A stretch of DNA of 32,000 nt from Nitrososphaera viennensis EN76 (GTDB taxonomy: Archaea > Thermoproteota > Nitrososphaeria > Nitrososphaerales > Nitrososphaeraceae). Made by a program: the position numbers and the translations under genes. Each line of letters starts with the position of its first letter. Positions within the stretch are counted from its first letter, which is position 1. Below, in pieces: positions 23,041-30,681 of the stretch. Location: assembly GCF_000698785.1 (NCBI RefSeq), contig NZ_CP007536.1, positions 1,170,001 through 1,202,000 on the forward strand, written 5' to 3'. The notes beneath the pieces are model-generated. The model searched no databases. It saw only the letters and a list, made by a program, of their open reading frames with translations, and had not been told where the DNA came from.

Positions 23041-23163
23041 ATGATGCTTGTACGCTGCTACACATGCAACCGCATCTTTGACATGGACAAGCCTGCCGAG
23101 CGCAAGGAAGCGATAAAGCACAGTCAGGCGTGCCACGAGATGACCCGCGGTTTCAAGGCTTGA
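23041..23163 (+). CDS. 40-aa CxxC...H-x3-CH micro-protein (zinc-finger-like)
   Basis: The translation is MMLVRCYTCNRIFDMDKPAERKEAIKHSQACHEMTRGFKA. It starts 4 nt after the previous stop and has C/G-rich third positions. The ORF-track entry 22957..23163 is the same frame extended upstream into the preceding gene. Confidence 0.45.
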   Translation: MMLVRCYTCNRIFDMDKPAERKEAIKHSQACHEMTRGFKA

Positions 23164-23224
23164 CACAATTGTAAAGTGCGATTGTTAAATATCCATCGTC
23201 CACAGGTACATACCAGAAAGAGAG

Positions 23225-23362
23225 CTGCCAAAAGATCCTGTTTGCGGAATGGAAGTGAGCGAAGACTCGAAATTCAGGTCCAGAAAGGGCGGCCAGACGA
23301 TCTACTTTTGCTGCCCGCACTGCAAGTCCAAGTTTGACAGTGACCCGGCAAAGTTCGGGTGA
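23225..23362 (+). CDS. YHS/TRASH-type metal-binding domain micro-protein with no canonical start codon covering the domain
   Basis: The frame opens after the TAA at 23186-88 and reads ...ELPKDPVCGMEVSEDSKFRSRKGGQTIYFCCPHCKSKFDSDPAKFG*. DPVCGM-x-V...YFC-x-x-x-C...F...P is the YHS signature. The only ATG (23249) lies inside the motif, and CTG at 23225 would give (M)PKDPVCGM. Confidence 0.5.
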   Translation: MPKDPVCGMEVSEDSKFRSRKGGQTIYFCCPHCKSKFDSDPAKFG

Positions 23363-23369
23363 GAAAGGC

Positions 23370-23378
23370 ATATATTTT
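23370..23378 (+). promoter_or_regulatory. TATA box (ATATATTTT) for padR
   Basis: It is centred about 36 nt upstream of the ATG at 23410. Confidence 0.5.
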
Positions 23379-23382
23379 CGTA

Positions 23383-23408
23383 TCGAGTAATCGATATCGA
23401 TAATTCGA
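23383..23408. promoter_or_regulatory. Imperfect 26-nt palindrome TCGAGTAATCGATATCGATAATTCGA with the perfect 12-nt core ATCGATATCGAT (23390-23401); operator candidate
   Basis: I read it directly. 22 of 26 positions are symmetric. It sits between the TATA box and the padR start codon, over the expected transcription start. Confidence 0.55.
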
Positions 23409-23409
23409 T

Positions 23410-23835
23410 ATGGGAATGTGGGCGTTTGGTGAAATGAGAAAAAGACGCGGATTGAGGATGTGGGTGCTCACTCTTTTGGAGCGCTCGCCTAGAAATGGCG
23501 CAGAGATAATGGACGAGATGGAGATGATGACCAAGGGCTGGTGGAGGCCCTCACCGGGGTCGGTCTACCCCCTGCTCGAAAGCCTGGTACAGGAAGGGTT
23601 CATCAAAAAGAGGGAGGATGGCAAGTACGAGCTAACACAGAAGACAAAGGAAGACATGGGATGGCCCTACGGGTTCCACGCAGGCCAGCCAAGGACCGTC
23701 GAGGACATGCTGAAGGAGATAAGCGGCTATGTCTCTTATTTTGAAGATCTAGTCAAGTCGGACAAGTCAAGGATAGAGCCGCACAAGGAAAAGATAAAGG
23801 AAATATCCGGTCGATTGTCTGCCCTATTCCCTTAA
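23410..23835 (+). CDS. PadR-family transcriptional regulator
   Basis: 141-aa ORF. LRMWVLTLLERSPRNGAEIMDEM...WRPSPGSVYPLLESLVQEGFI is the PadR wHTH signature. Confidence 0.85.
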   Translation: MGMWAFGEMRKRRGLRMWVLTLLERSPRNGAEIMDEMEMMTKGWWRPSPGSVYPLLESLVQEGFIKKREDGKYELTQKTKEDMGWPYGFHAGQPRTVEDMLKEISGYVSYFEDLVKSDKSRIEPHKEKIKEISGRLSALFP

Positions 23836-25263
23836 TTTTTTCTGTATGAGTTCAAGTGCGGTTTTCGGGTCTGCGCGGCCCCTTGTATGCTGCATCACCT
23901 TTCCAAGCAAAAAGTTTGCTGCCGCAGGGTTCTTTTTTGCGTCTGCAACTGCCGCCGCTTCTGCAGAAAACACGGCGTCTATAGCCTGGGCAAGCGCGCC
24001 GGCGTCGTCTATCTTGGACGCCTGAGTCTTTTTTGCCACCTGTGAGGGCATCTCGCCGGTCTTTATCACCTGGCCCAGGATTTGCTTTGCAGTCGCGCGG
24101 TTTATCGTGTTCTGCTCTACCAGTTTAGCAAGGTCGGCAATGTGCTCGGGACCCACCTTCAGGCCGGCGAGCATCGCATGCTGCTCCTCCTTGGCCTTTT
24201 CGTCTACAAAGCCCATGAGGTCCGTCACTATCCAGTTTGCAATCTCTTTTGGCGAGTCGTAGATCTTGATGGCCGACTCGAAAAAGTCGGCAAGCTCCTT
24301 GTTGTGTATTAGCACCTGCGCGACGTGCGGGGTCAAGCCAAGCGACGAGACGAACCTTGCCTTGCGCGCGTCCGGAAGCTCGGGCATCGACTTTTCAAGC
24401 GACGAAATGAATCCTGCGCCCAGCTCTATGGAAGGTATGTCCGGCTCTGGGAAGTAGCGGTAATCTTGTTCTTCTTCCTTTGACCTAGACTCTTTTGTCA
24501 CCTTGCGCGCGTCATCCCAGTGCCGCGTTTCTGCCTTCACCTCGATGTCACGGGACACCATCGTCTTTTGCCTTGCCATCTCGTAGCGGAGCGCCTTTTC
24601 CACCTCGGAAAACGACCCGACGTTCTTTATCTCGACACGGTGGCCGCCGGCGACTGAAACGTTTGCGTCGCAGCGCACCGACCCTTCAAGCCTCGTGTCG
24701 CAGACGCCAAGGTGTTCTATTATCGACGTTATCTTGTTCAGGAATTCTCTTACATCTTTTGGGTCCGAAAAGTCCGGCTCTGTCACTATCTCTACAAGTG
24801 GTACGCCGGCACGGTTGTAGTCGACAAGAGTGTAGGTGCTCTTTTCCATGCTGCCACCTTCGTAGACCAGCCTGCCGGGATCCTCTTCCAGTTGCACGCG
24901 GCGCATGCGCACCGATTTTCCATTTCCATAATCCAGCTTGCCGTCTACGCCTATACTTGTAATGCCGTAGGCGTTGTACTGTGTGAGCTGGAAATTCTTT
25001 GGGAGGTCGGGGTAAAAGTAGTTCTTGCGGTAGAACATTATCTCCTCAGGCACCTTGCAGCCAAGCGCAAGCGATATCATGCCGGCAAATTCAACTGCCT
25101 TTTTGTTCAAGAGGGGCAAGGTGCCGGGCAGGCCGGTGCAGGTCGGGCAGATGTTGGCGTTTGGCTCTTTACCGCGATAGTCGCAGCTGCACGGGCAGAA
25201 CAACTTGCTCCTTGCGCCGGTGAGCTGGCAGTGGATTTCAAGGCCTATCTTGTATTCCATCAT
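23824..25263 (-). CDS. gatB: Asp/Glu-tRNA amidotransferase subunit B
   Basis: It begins MMEYKIGLEIHCQL, the classic GatB start, and has a C-terminal YqeY-like tail. The ORF-track start at 25323 would overlap gatA by 59 nt, so I prefer the ATG at 25263, 1 nt after the gatA stop. Confidence 0.95.
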   Translation of the reverse strand: MMEYKIGLEIHCQLTGARSKLFCPCSCDYRGKEPNANICPTCTGLPGTLPLLNKKAVEFAGMISLALGCKVPEEIMFYRKNYFYPDLPKNFQLTQYNAYGITSIGVDGKLDYGNGKSVRMRRVQLEEDPGRLVYEGGSMEKSTYTLVDYNRAGVPLVEIVTEPDFSDPKDVREFLNKITSIIEHLGVCDTRLEGSVRCDANVSVAGGHRVEIKNVGSFSEVEKALRYEMARQKTMVSRDIEVKAETRHWDDARKVTKESRSKEEEQDYRYFPEPDIPSIELGAGFISSLEKSMPELPDARKARFVSSLGLTPHVAQVLIHNKELADFFESAIKIYDSPKEIANWIVTDLMGFVDEKAKEEQHAMLAGLKVGPEHIADLAKLVEQNTINRATAKQILGQVIKTGEMPSQVAKKTQASKIDDAGALAQAIDAVFSAEAAAVADAKKNPAAANFLLGKVMQHTRGRADPKTALELIQKKLRE

Positions 25264-25264
25264 G

Positions 25265-26701
25265 TTACAGGTCAGGGCTCCTTTGCACCTTGGCAGCGCT
25301 TTCAAACGTGTAGGCGGCATCAAGCATCACCTGCTCGGAAAACTCGTCAGCCATGATCTGCAGGCCCACCGGCAGGTTATCGCCGGAAAAGCCGGCCGGC
25401 ACCGAAATCGCCGGGATGCCTGCGAGGTTTGCCACAACAGTATCAACGTCAACTAGGTACATCTTTAGCGGGTCGTCGACCTTTTCGCCTATTGGAAACG
25501 GCAGGATCGGCATCGTCGGCCCAATCAGAACATCAAACTGCCTGAACAGGGATTTCAGCTCGCGCCTCAAAAGCGAGCGCACCTGCTGCGCCTTTAGGTA
25601 ATACTTGCCGTAATAGCCGGACGAGAGCACATACGAGCCGGTGATTATCCTGCGCTTGACCTCCTCGCCAAAGTTGCTTCTGCCCTTTGCGAAATACGAG
25701 TTCCACTCGTAGCCGTCCGGGCTCATGTCAAAGCCGTAGCGGACGTTGTCGTAGCGTGCAAGGTTGCTTGACGCCTCGGCCATCGCTATCGTGTAGTACG
25801 ACGCCAGCGCGTATTGCGCCGATGGCATCGAGACCTCGGCGCAGCGGCAGCCTTCTTTTTCAAGAGTGTCATAGGCTCGATAGATTATCCTTGACACCTC
25901 CGGGTCTGCGCCCTCGATGAACTCCTTGACGAGGCCGACGCGCAGCGGCATCTTGCTGACAAGGTACGACGGCTTGCCGGGCGCCGTAGTGTGATCGTTT
26001 TCATCCTGACCCACTATAGCGTTGAGCGCTGCCGCAACGTCTGCGACGGTCCTTCCCGCCGGCCCGACCTGCTCCAGGCTGTTTGCGTATGATATCAGGC
26101 CGTACCTGCTGACAAGGCCGTACGTCGGCTTTAGCCCGACCACAGAGCAAAAGCTTGCCGGGCACCTCACCGAGCCTCCGGTGTCAGAGCCAAGCGATAT
26201 CGCGCATTCCATCGCCGCGACGCTTGCCGCGCTCCCGCCCGACGATCCCCCCGGCACACGGCTGATGTCCCAGGGGTTTCGCGTCGGCCCGTTCCTGCTG
26301 AACTCTGTGGTGGAGCCCATTGCAAACTCGTCGAGGTTTGCCTTGCCGATGATAATCGCGCCGGCGTCCTGCAACCGCTTGACAACGGTCGCGTCGTACG
26401 GCGGCACGTAACTGTCAAGCATCTTTGAGGCGCACGTCGTCCTGATGCCTTTTGTAGAAATGTTGTCCTTGACACTTATCGCGACGCCGGAAAGCGGGCC
26501 GGCGGCTTTTCCATCGCGGATCTTTTTGTCAAGGGCGCGCGCCTGCTCTATTGCGCCCTTGTTGTTCACAGTGACAAGCGCGTTTATCTTTGGCTCGACA
26601 ACCTCTATGCGCTCAAGCACCTGATGGATGTACTCCTCGGCTGAAAACTCGCGGTTTTTCACGCCATTTGCGACCTGCGACGCGTCGAGCCTATAGAGCA
26701 T
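25265..26701 (-). CDS. gatA: Asp/Glu-tRNA amidotransferase subunit A (amidase signature family)
   Basis: 478-aa ORF with the amidase signature GGSSGGSAASVA and the Ser-cisSer-Lys context KDNISTKG. Confidence 0.95.
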   Translation of the reverse strand: MLYRLDASQVANGVKNREFSAEEYIHQVLERIEVVEPKINALVTVNNKGAIEQARALDKKIRDGKAAGPLSGVAISVKDNISTKGIRTTCASKMLDSYVPPYDATVVKRLQDAGAIIIGKANLDEFAMGSTTEFSRNGPTRNPWDISRVPGGSSGGSAASVAAMECAISLGSDTGGSVRCPASFCSVVGLKPTYGLVSRYGLISYANSLEQVGPAGRTVADVAAALNAIVGQDENDHTTAPGKPSYLVSKMPLRVGLVKEFIEGADPEVSRIIYRAYDTLEKEGCRCAEVSMPSAQYALASYYTIAMAEASSNLARYDNVRYGFDMSPDGYEWNSYFAKGRSNFGEEVKRRIITGSYVLSSGYYGKYYLKAQQVRSLLRRELKSLFRQFDVLIGPTMPILPFPIGEKVDDPLKMYLVDVDTVVANLAGIPAISVPAGFSGDNLPVGLQIMADEFSEQVMLDAAYTFESAAKVQRSPDL

Positions 26702-26708
26702 TTTTTCC

Positions 26709-26981
26709 TCAAACCATCCTCGGGCCCTTTACAAAGCCGTCCTTGCGGTATTTCGTTCCAAGCGTGTCGGCGCCAAACGCGCGCTCCACATCGTCGCGCA
26801 ATTCAGAGAATTTTTTCTTTGACTTTATGACCTCGGCTTTTTCAAGCGGTATGGTGTCCAGCTTGTCCAGGTACGCGATTATCTGCTCTATCTGGGACGT
26901 GTACTTGGCAAGCTCCTCGTCTGACAGCTCGATCCTGGAGAGCCAGCCAAGATGCCTTACCTCTTCCTTTGTCACCACCAT
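26709..26981 (-). CDS. gatC: Asp/Glu-tRNA amidotransferase subunit C
   Basis: 90-aa ORF reading EEVRHLGWLSRIELSDEELAKYTSQIEQIIAYLDKL. Synteny is gatC-gatA-gatB. Confidence 0.85.
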   Translation of the reverse strand: MVVTKEEVRHLGWLSRIELSDEELAKYTSQIEQIIAYLDKLDTIPLEKAEVIKSKKKFSELRDDVERAFGADTLGTKYRKDGFVKGPRMV

Positions 26982-26983
26982 CT

Positions 26984-28327
26984 TTAGGGCGCCAGCCTGT
27001 CAATGTCGCGCGGGTAGAACGTCGCGTCGCGTATGTTCTCTATTTTTGCCAGTGCCATCAGCAGCCTCTCAAGGCCCATGCCAAAGCCGGCGTGGGGCGG
27101 GACTCCAAAGTCAAAGACGCGCAGGTGGTAGTCAAAGGCGTCCGGCTTTAGCCCCTGCTTTTGCATTCTTTCTATCAGCTGGTCCTTGCGGTTGATTCTC
27201 GTGCTTCCAGACGACATTTCAAGCGGTCCGTACATCAGGTCAAACGACTCGCACACCTTTGGATCGTCAGCCTTTGGCTTGACGTAGAATGGCTTTGTCG
27301 ATGTCGGCCAGTCGACGATAAAGTAGAACCCGTTGAGGCGCTCGTCCTGCAGGCTCTTCATCACCTGGGGCGAGATGTCGTCGCCCCACGGGATGCGCTC
27401 GCCGGCCTCCTGCAGCTTGTCGATGAGGTCAGAGTACGAGTATTTTGGGAACGGCAGCTCCAGCGCGGGCATCGCGATTTCCAAGAACTCTAGGTCGGCC
27501 TTGTTGCGGTCCTTGACAGAGTCGATGATGTGGATTATCATGCGCTCAAGGAGCGCCATGACGTCTCCATAGTCGGCAAAGGCGCGCTCGACATCCACCG
27601 ATGTTGCTTCCGAGAGGTGGCGGTTTGTCCGCGACGGCTCTGCCCGGAATATCGGGCCTATCTCAAAGACGCTCTCAAAGGCCATTGTCAACTGCTCCTT
27701 GTAGAGCTGAGGGCTCTGGGCAAGAAAAGCCTCGCGGTCATAGTAGAATATCGGGAACAATGCTGCCCCGCCTTCCGTCGCTGTCGCTATCATTTTCGGC
27801 GTGCTGACCTCGATGAAATCCTGTCGCGATAGGAACTCGCGTATGGCGTTTACCACGGTCTGCCGGATGCGAAATATCGAGCCAAGCTGCTGCCTCCTCA
27901 GGTCGACTGCGCGGAGGTCAAGCCTGGTGTCAATGCCGACCGGCGACGACTTGCCCGTGGTCATGAAAGGTGCGGCCTTTTTTGCCACCGAGAACGCCTT
28001 TATCTCTGCCGGCACGACCTCGGCACCGTTTGGAGCCTTTTCCTGCGGCCTCACCTTTCCCCGGACGCCAAGCGACGTGTGTTCCTTGACTTCCTTGGCA
28101 AGCGCAAACAGCTGCTCGCCCACCTCGCTTTTCTTGGCAGTCACCTGGACCTCGCCGTGCATGTCCTTGATTATGATGAATGAGATGTTGCCGTGGTCGC
28201 GCACGCTGGACACCCAGCCCATTATCACGACCTCCCGGTCTGCCATTGCGGGACCCACCTCCTTTGAGTAGTGGGTGCGCCTCCACTGGCCCAGATCTTC
28301 TTCTTTTAGCAGTCCTTCTTCTTCCAA
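26984..28327 (-). CDS. aspS: Aspartyl-tRNA synthetase (archaeal type; probably non-discriminating given the gatCAB linkage)
   Basis: It has class II motifs FRAEPSRTNRHLSE and GFGMGLERL, and an OB-fold N-terminus WRRTHYSKEV...VIMGWV. The ORF track extends it to 28435 across a T-rich terminator. I prefer the TTG at 28327 (MEEEGLLKEEDL...). The start is uncertain. Confidence 0.9.
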   Translation of the reverse strand: MEEEGLLKEEDLGQWRRTHYSKEVGPAMADREVVIMGWVSSVRDHGNISFIIIKDMHGEVQVTAKKSEVGEQLFALAKEVKEHTSLGVRGKVRPQEKAPNGAEVVPAEIKAFSVAKKAAPFMTTGKSSPVGIDTRLDLRAVDLRRQQLGSIFRIRQTVVNAIREFLSRQDFIEVSTPKMIATATEGGAALFPIFYYDREAFLAQSPQLYKEQLTMAFESVFEIGPIFRAEPSRTNRHLSEATSVDVERAFADYGDVMALLERMIIHIIDSVKDRNKADLEFLEIAMPALELPFPKYSYSDLIDKLQEAGERIPWGDDISPQVMKSLQDERLNGFYFIVDWPTSTKPFYVKPKADDPKVCESFDLMYGPLEMSSGSTRINRKDQLIERMQKQGLKPDAFDYHLRVFDFGVPPHAGFGMGLERLLMALAKIENIRDATFYPRDIDRLAP

Positions 28328-28356
28328 ATTAAATAGGCGTGTTTGTACTGTAGAGG

Positions 28357-28368
28357 TTATTAATTTAA
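28357..28368 (-). promoter_or_regulatory. TATA-box candidate (minus-strand TTAAATTAATAA) for the aspS-gatCAB operon
   Basis: It is centred about 35 nt upstream of the proposed TTG start at 28327. Confidence 0.4.
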
Positions 28369-28421
28369 CCGAAAGCCGCGAGCCAAGAGACAGACAAGAG
28401 AAGAGCGGTTTGCAAGTATCG

Positions 28422-28444
28422 CCAAAAAACAACAAAAAGAAATG
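28422..28444 (-). terminator. T-rich tract (minus-strand CATTTCTTTTTGTTGTTTTTTGG) downstream of the 28479 gene
   Basis: Oligo-T runs lie about 35-55 nt after the stop codon. Confidence 0.45.
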
Positions 28445-28478
28445 AGGCGGAGGGGAGAAGAAGGGAGTTTTTCGCCTG

Positions 28479-29081
28479 TCAGGGCGTCATACCTTGCATG
28501 CTGCCGCCTTCAGTCATGTTCCCGGCAGCATTTTCTCCTCCCGCAGGATTTGGCATGATTTCATTGATGCCTACGAACACCGTGCTAGTGCCGGTCAGCT
28601 CCACGTCCTCATCACCCATGTTTTGAACTGCAACGTCGGTGATTAACGGATTGTCGGGATCGACGTGGGATTCAATGTGTACGTGGTACATGCATTGCTG
28701 TCCGGGTGTCGACAATTCTGAAATCAACGTCACGTTGTTCGCTGGCGCGAGGTTTGGCGCTTGTCCAATCAATACCTGCAGTGAAGGATTAGAGTCATCA
28801 TCGCACGGGATTTTCAGGGCTACATGACCTACCATTATATGGTCTGGCGTGGCATCGTAGAGGTGTACAAAGTCCCCTTCGGCAATAGTTCTTGGCCCAA
28901 CTAGCAAGACCGAATCCCTTACGACTGTGCTTGGCCCTGTTTCTTCCTGTGCGCTGGCCGTCGTCCCTGCTAACCAGACGGCTGAAAATGCCGCTGCCAG
29001 CACCCCAGCCATCGTTATCGCCAAAAATCTGTTCTTGGCAGGTAATGTTTTAATTTTGATACCGTTGTTGTCTTGCGACAT
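28479..29081 (-). CDS. Exported or membrane-anchored hypothetical protein with a Met-rich C-terminal tail
   Basis: 200-aa ORF with the signal-like FLAITMAGVLAAAFSAVWLAGTTASAQEE. The mature part has two Cys and several His. The C-terminus is NAAGNMTEGGSMQGMTP. Confidence 0.7.
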   Translation of the reverse strand: MSQDNNGIKIKTLPAKNRFLAITMAGVLAAAFSAVWLAGTTASAQEETGPSTVVRDSVLLVGPRTIAEGDFVHLYDATPDHIMVGHVALKIPCDDDSNPSLQVLIGQAPNLAPANNVTLISELSTPGQQCMYHVHIESHVDPDNPLITDVAVQNMGDEDVELTGTSTVFVGINEIMPNPAGGENAAGNMTEGGSMQGMTP

Positions 29082-29120
29082 ATATTTTTCAACGCTACAA
29101 TCTTGTTTAAGGATATCTCA

Positions 29121-29141
29121 CATATTTTCCTATGAAATATG
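29121..29141. promoter_or_regulatory. Inverted repeat CATATTT-N7-AAATATG in an AT-rich intergenic region; operator or hairpin candidate
   Basis: I read it directly. It lies 40-60 nt upstream of the start codon at 29081. Confidence 0.35.
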
Positions 29142-29289
29142 AGGTAATTACTTGGATTGGCTGCGAATGTAGCAAATTTATGCTATATGGCTATGCATTA
29201 ATTTGTTCCTTAATGCTGCCAGTAGTCTTTGACTAGTATTGTAATTGGCAGAGTTTCTTTCAAATGTTCCACCTAGTATATGCGAGTGT

Positions 29290-30666
29290 TTACGTGCCGG
29301 GAACTACCACTTCAAGACCGCCAAAGGTTCCTGAAAGGAGGGCAAGCGATCCCGTGACAAGCAGGATGCCAAGCGCTATCAAGAGTATCCCGCTCGTGCG
29401 ATTGACCCAAGGGATCCATTTGCGGAACTTTTGAAATGCCCTGAGGAACCTGTCCAGTGCTACGGTCGATACCATGAACGGTATAGCAAGGCCGGCGGAG
29501 TATATGGCAAGCAAAGCAGTGCCCTGAGTCACAGAGCTTGTGGTAGCGGCAAGTGTGAGGATACTTGCAAGTATCGGGCCTATGCACGGCGTCCATCCTG
29601 CCCCAAAGCCCATCCCAACAAGAAATGCGCCGGCGTGCCCCACCGGTTTTTTGGAGAAGCGCATCTTCAGGTATTCCTTCTCCACGCCAGGTATGCGCAG
29701 CAGGCCAAGGAGGTGGAGGCCAAATACCATCAGCATTATCCCCCCTATCCTGCCTATCCAGACGGCGTAATCGCCGAAAAAGAACCCAAAAGTCGATATC
29801 GTGGCACCAAGTGCTACGAAAACTATGGAGAACCCGAGCACAAAGAGTCCGCCGCGGGCGATTATGGTGTTGCGCGCAGTGCGGGTTTGCTGGCTGGATG
29901 ACGAAGCATTTTCAGAGCGCGCGTTTCCGGTCAGCTGGTCCATGCTCATCCCGGTGATGAATGCCGCGTAGCTTGGGATGAGCGGCAGGACGCAGGGCGA
30001 GAGAAAGCTCAAGAGTCCTGCAGAAAAGGCCACGCCGGCGCTTACAGTTGGGGCTTCGATTGCGGCAGCAGCGCCTCCTGCCGGGGCGGGCTTGCCGTCT
30101 TTGCCGACAACGATGCTGCTCATGGTCAGCGCGGCCTGCACCCGGGATCGGGTGTCTTCAGACATCGGGTCAAACGCGCCCTTCCACTGGTGCAGCACAT
30201 AGCCGTCCTTGCTTATCAGGAACGACTCCGGGACCCCGATTGTCCGGAAGGTGGACGCAAACCGGTCGCTCGGGTCACGCCAGATGGTATAGGTTATCCC
30301 CTTTGACTTTAGAAAGCTGTTTATCCTGTCGTCGGCGCCGGCATCATCGATGCTGACTCCAACCACCTTGAAATCAGAGCCGGCAAAGTCCTGCTGCAGC
30401 GCCTCCAGCCCGGGCATCTCTGTCCTGCAGGGGACACACCAGGTCGCCCAGACGTTAAGGACGACTACCTGTCCGCGCAAGTCTTCCAGCGACACCTGCT
30501 TTCCGTCAAGCGTTGTTGCCTGGTACGCGGGGGCGGGCTTCAGACTCTGGGCAAGCGCGGCGCCTCCGCCAATTGAAAAAAGGCTTGGAAAGACAAGGAG
30601 CAGGACTGCGCCCACTGCAATGAGGGCGATTCCCTTTGATATCGGCGGCCTGAACGATATTCTCAT
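29290..30666 (-). CDS. Fusion of a TlpA/ResA-like periplasmic thioredoxin domain with a CcdA/DsbD-type transmembrane electron-transfer domain
   Basis: 458-aa ORF with an N-terminal anchor and a Trx fold with WATWCVPC. It is followed by a multi-TM domain with LSFLSPCVLPLIPSY and GWTPCIGPIL, the two CcdA cysteines. Confidence 0.85.
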   Translation of the reverse strand: MRISFRPPISKGIALIAVGAVLLLVFPSLFSIGGGAALAQSLKPAPAYQATTLDGKQVSLEDLRGQVVVLNVWATWCVPCRTEMPGLEALQQDFAGSDFKVVGVSIDDAGADDRINSFLKSKGITYTIWRDPSDRFASTFRTIGVPESFLISKDGYVLHQWKGAFDPMSEDTRSRVQAALTMSSIVVGKDGKPAPAGGAAAAIEAPTVSAGVAFSAGLLSFLSPCVLPLIPSYAAFITGMSMDQLTGNARSENASSSSQQTRTARNTIIARGGLFVLGFSIVFVALGATISTFGFFFGDYAVWIGRIGGIMLMVFGLHLLGLLRIPGVEKEYLKMRFSKKPVGHAGAFLVGMGFGAGWTPCIGPILASILTLAATTSSVTQGTALLAIYSAGLAIPFMVSTVALDRFLRAFQKFRKWIPWVNRTSGILLIALGILLVTGSLALLSGTFGGLEVVVPGT

Positions 30667-30681
30667 TTTCCTGGCCCTGCT

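Noticed and set aside
23153-23371. A 72-aa minus-strand ORF.
   Set aside because: It is antisense to the plus-strand frame that encodes an unmistakable YHS-domain signature.
25264-25323. N-terminal extensions proposed by the ORF track for gatB (to 25323), aspS (28328-28435) and the PduO-type adenosyltransferase (18102-18170).
   Set aside because: The extensions overlap the upstream gene or a terminator and precede the canonical family N-termini (MMEYKIGLEIHCQL, WRRTHY, MKIYTRTGDKGET). I prefer the shorter starts.
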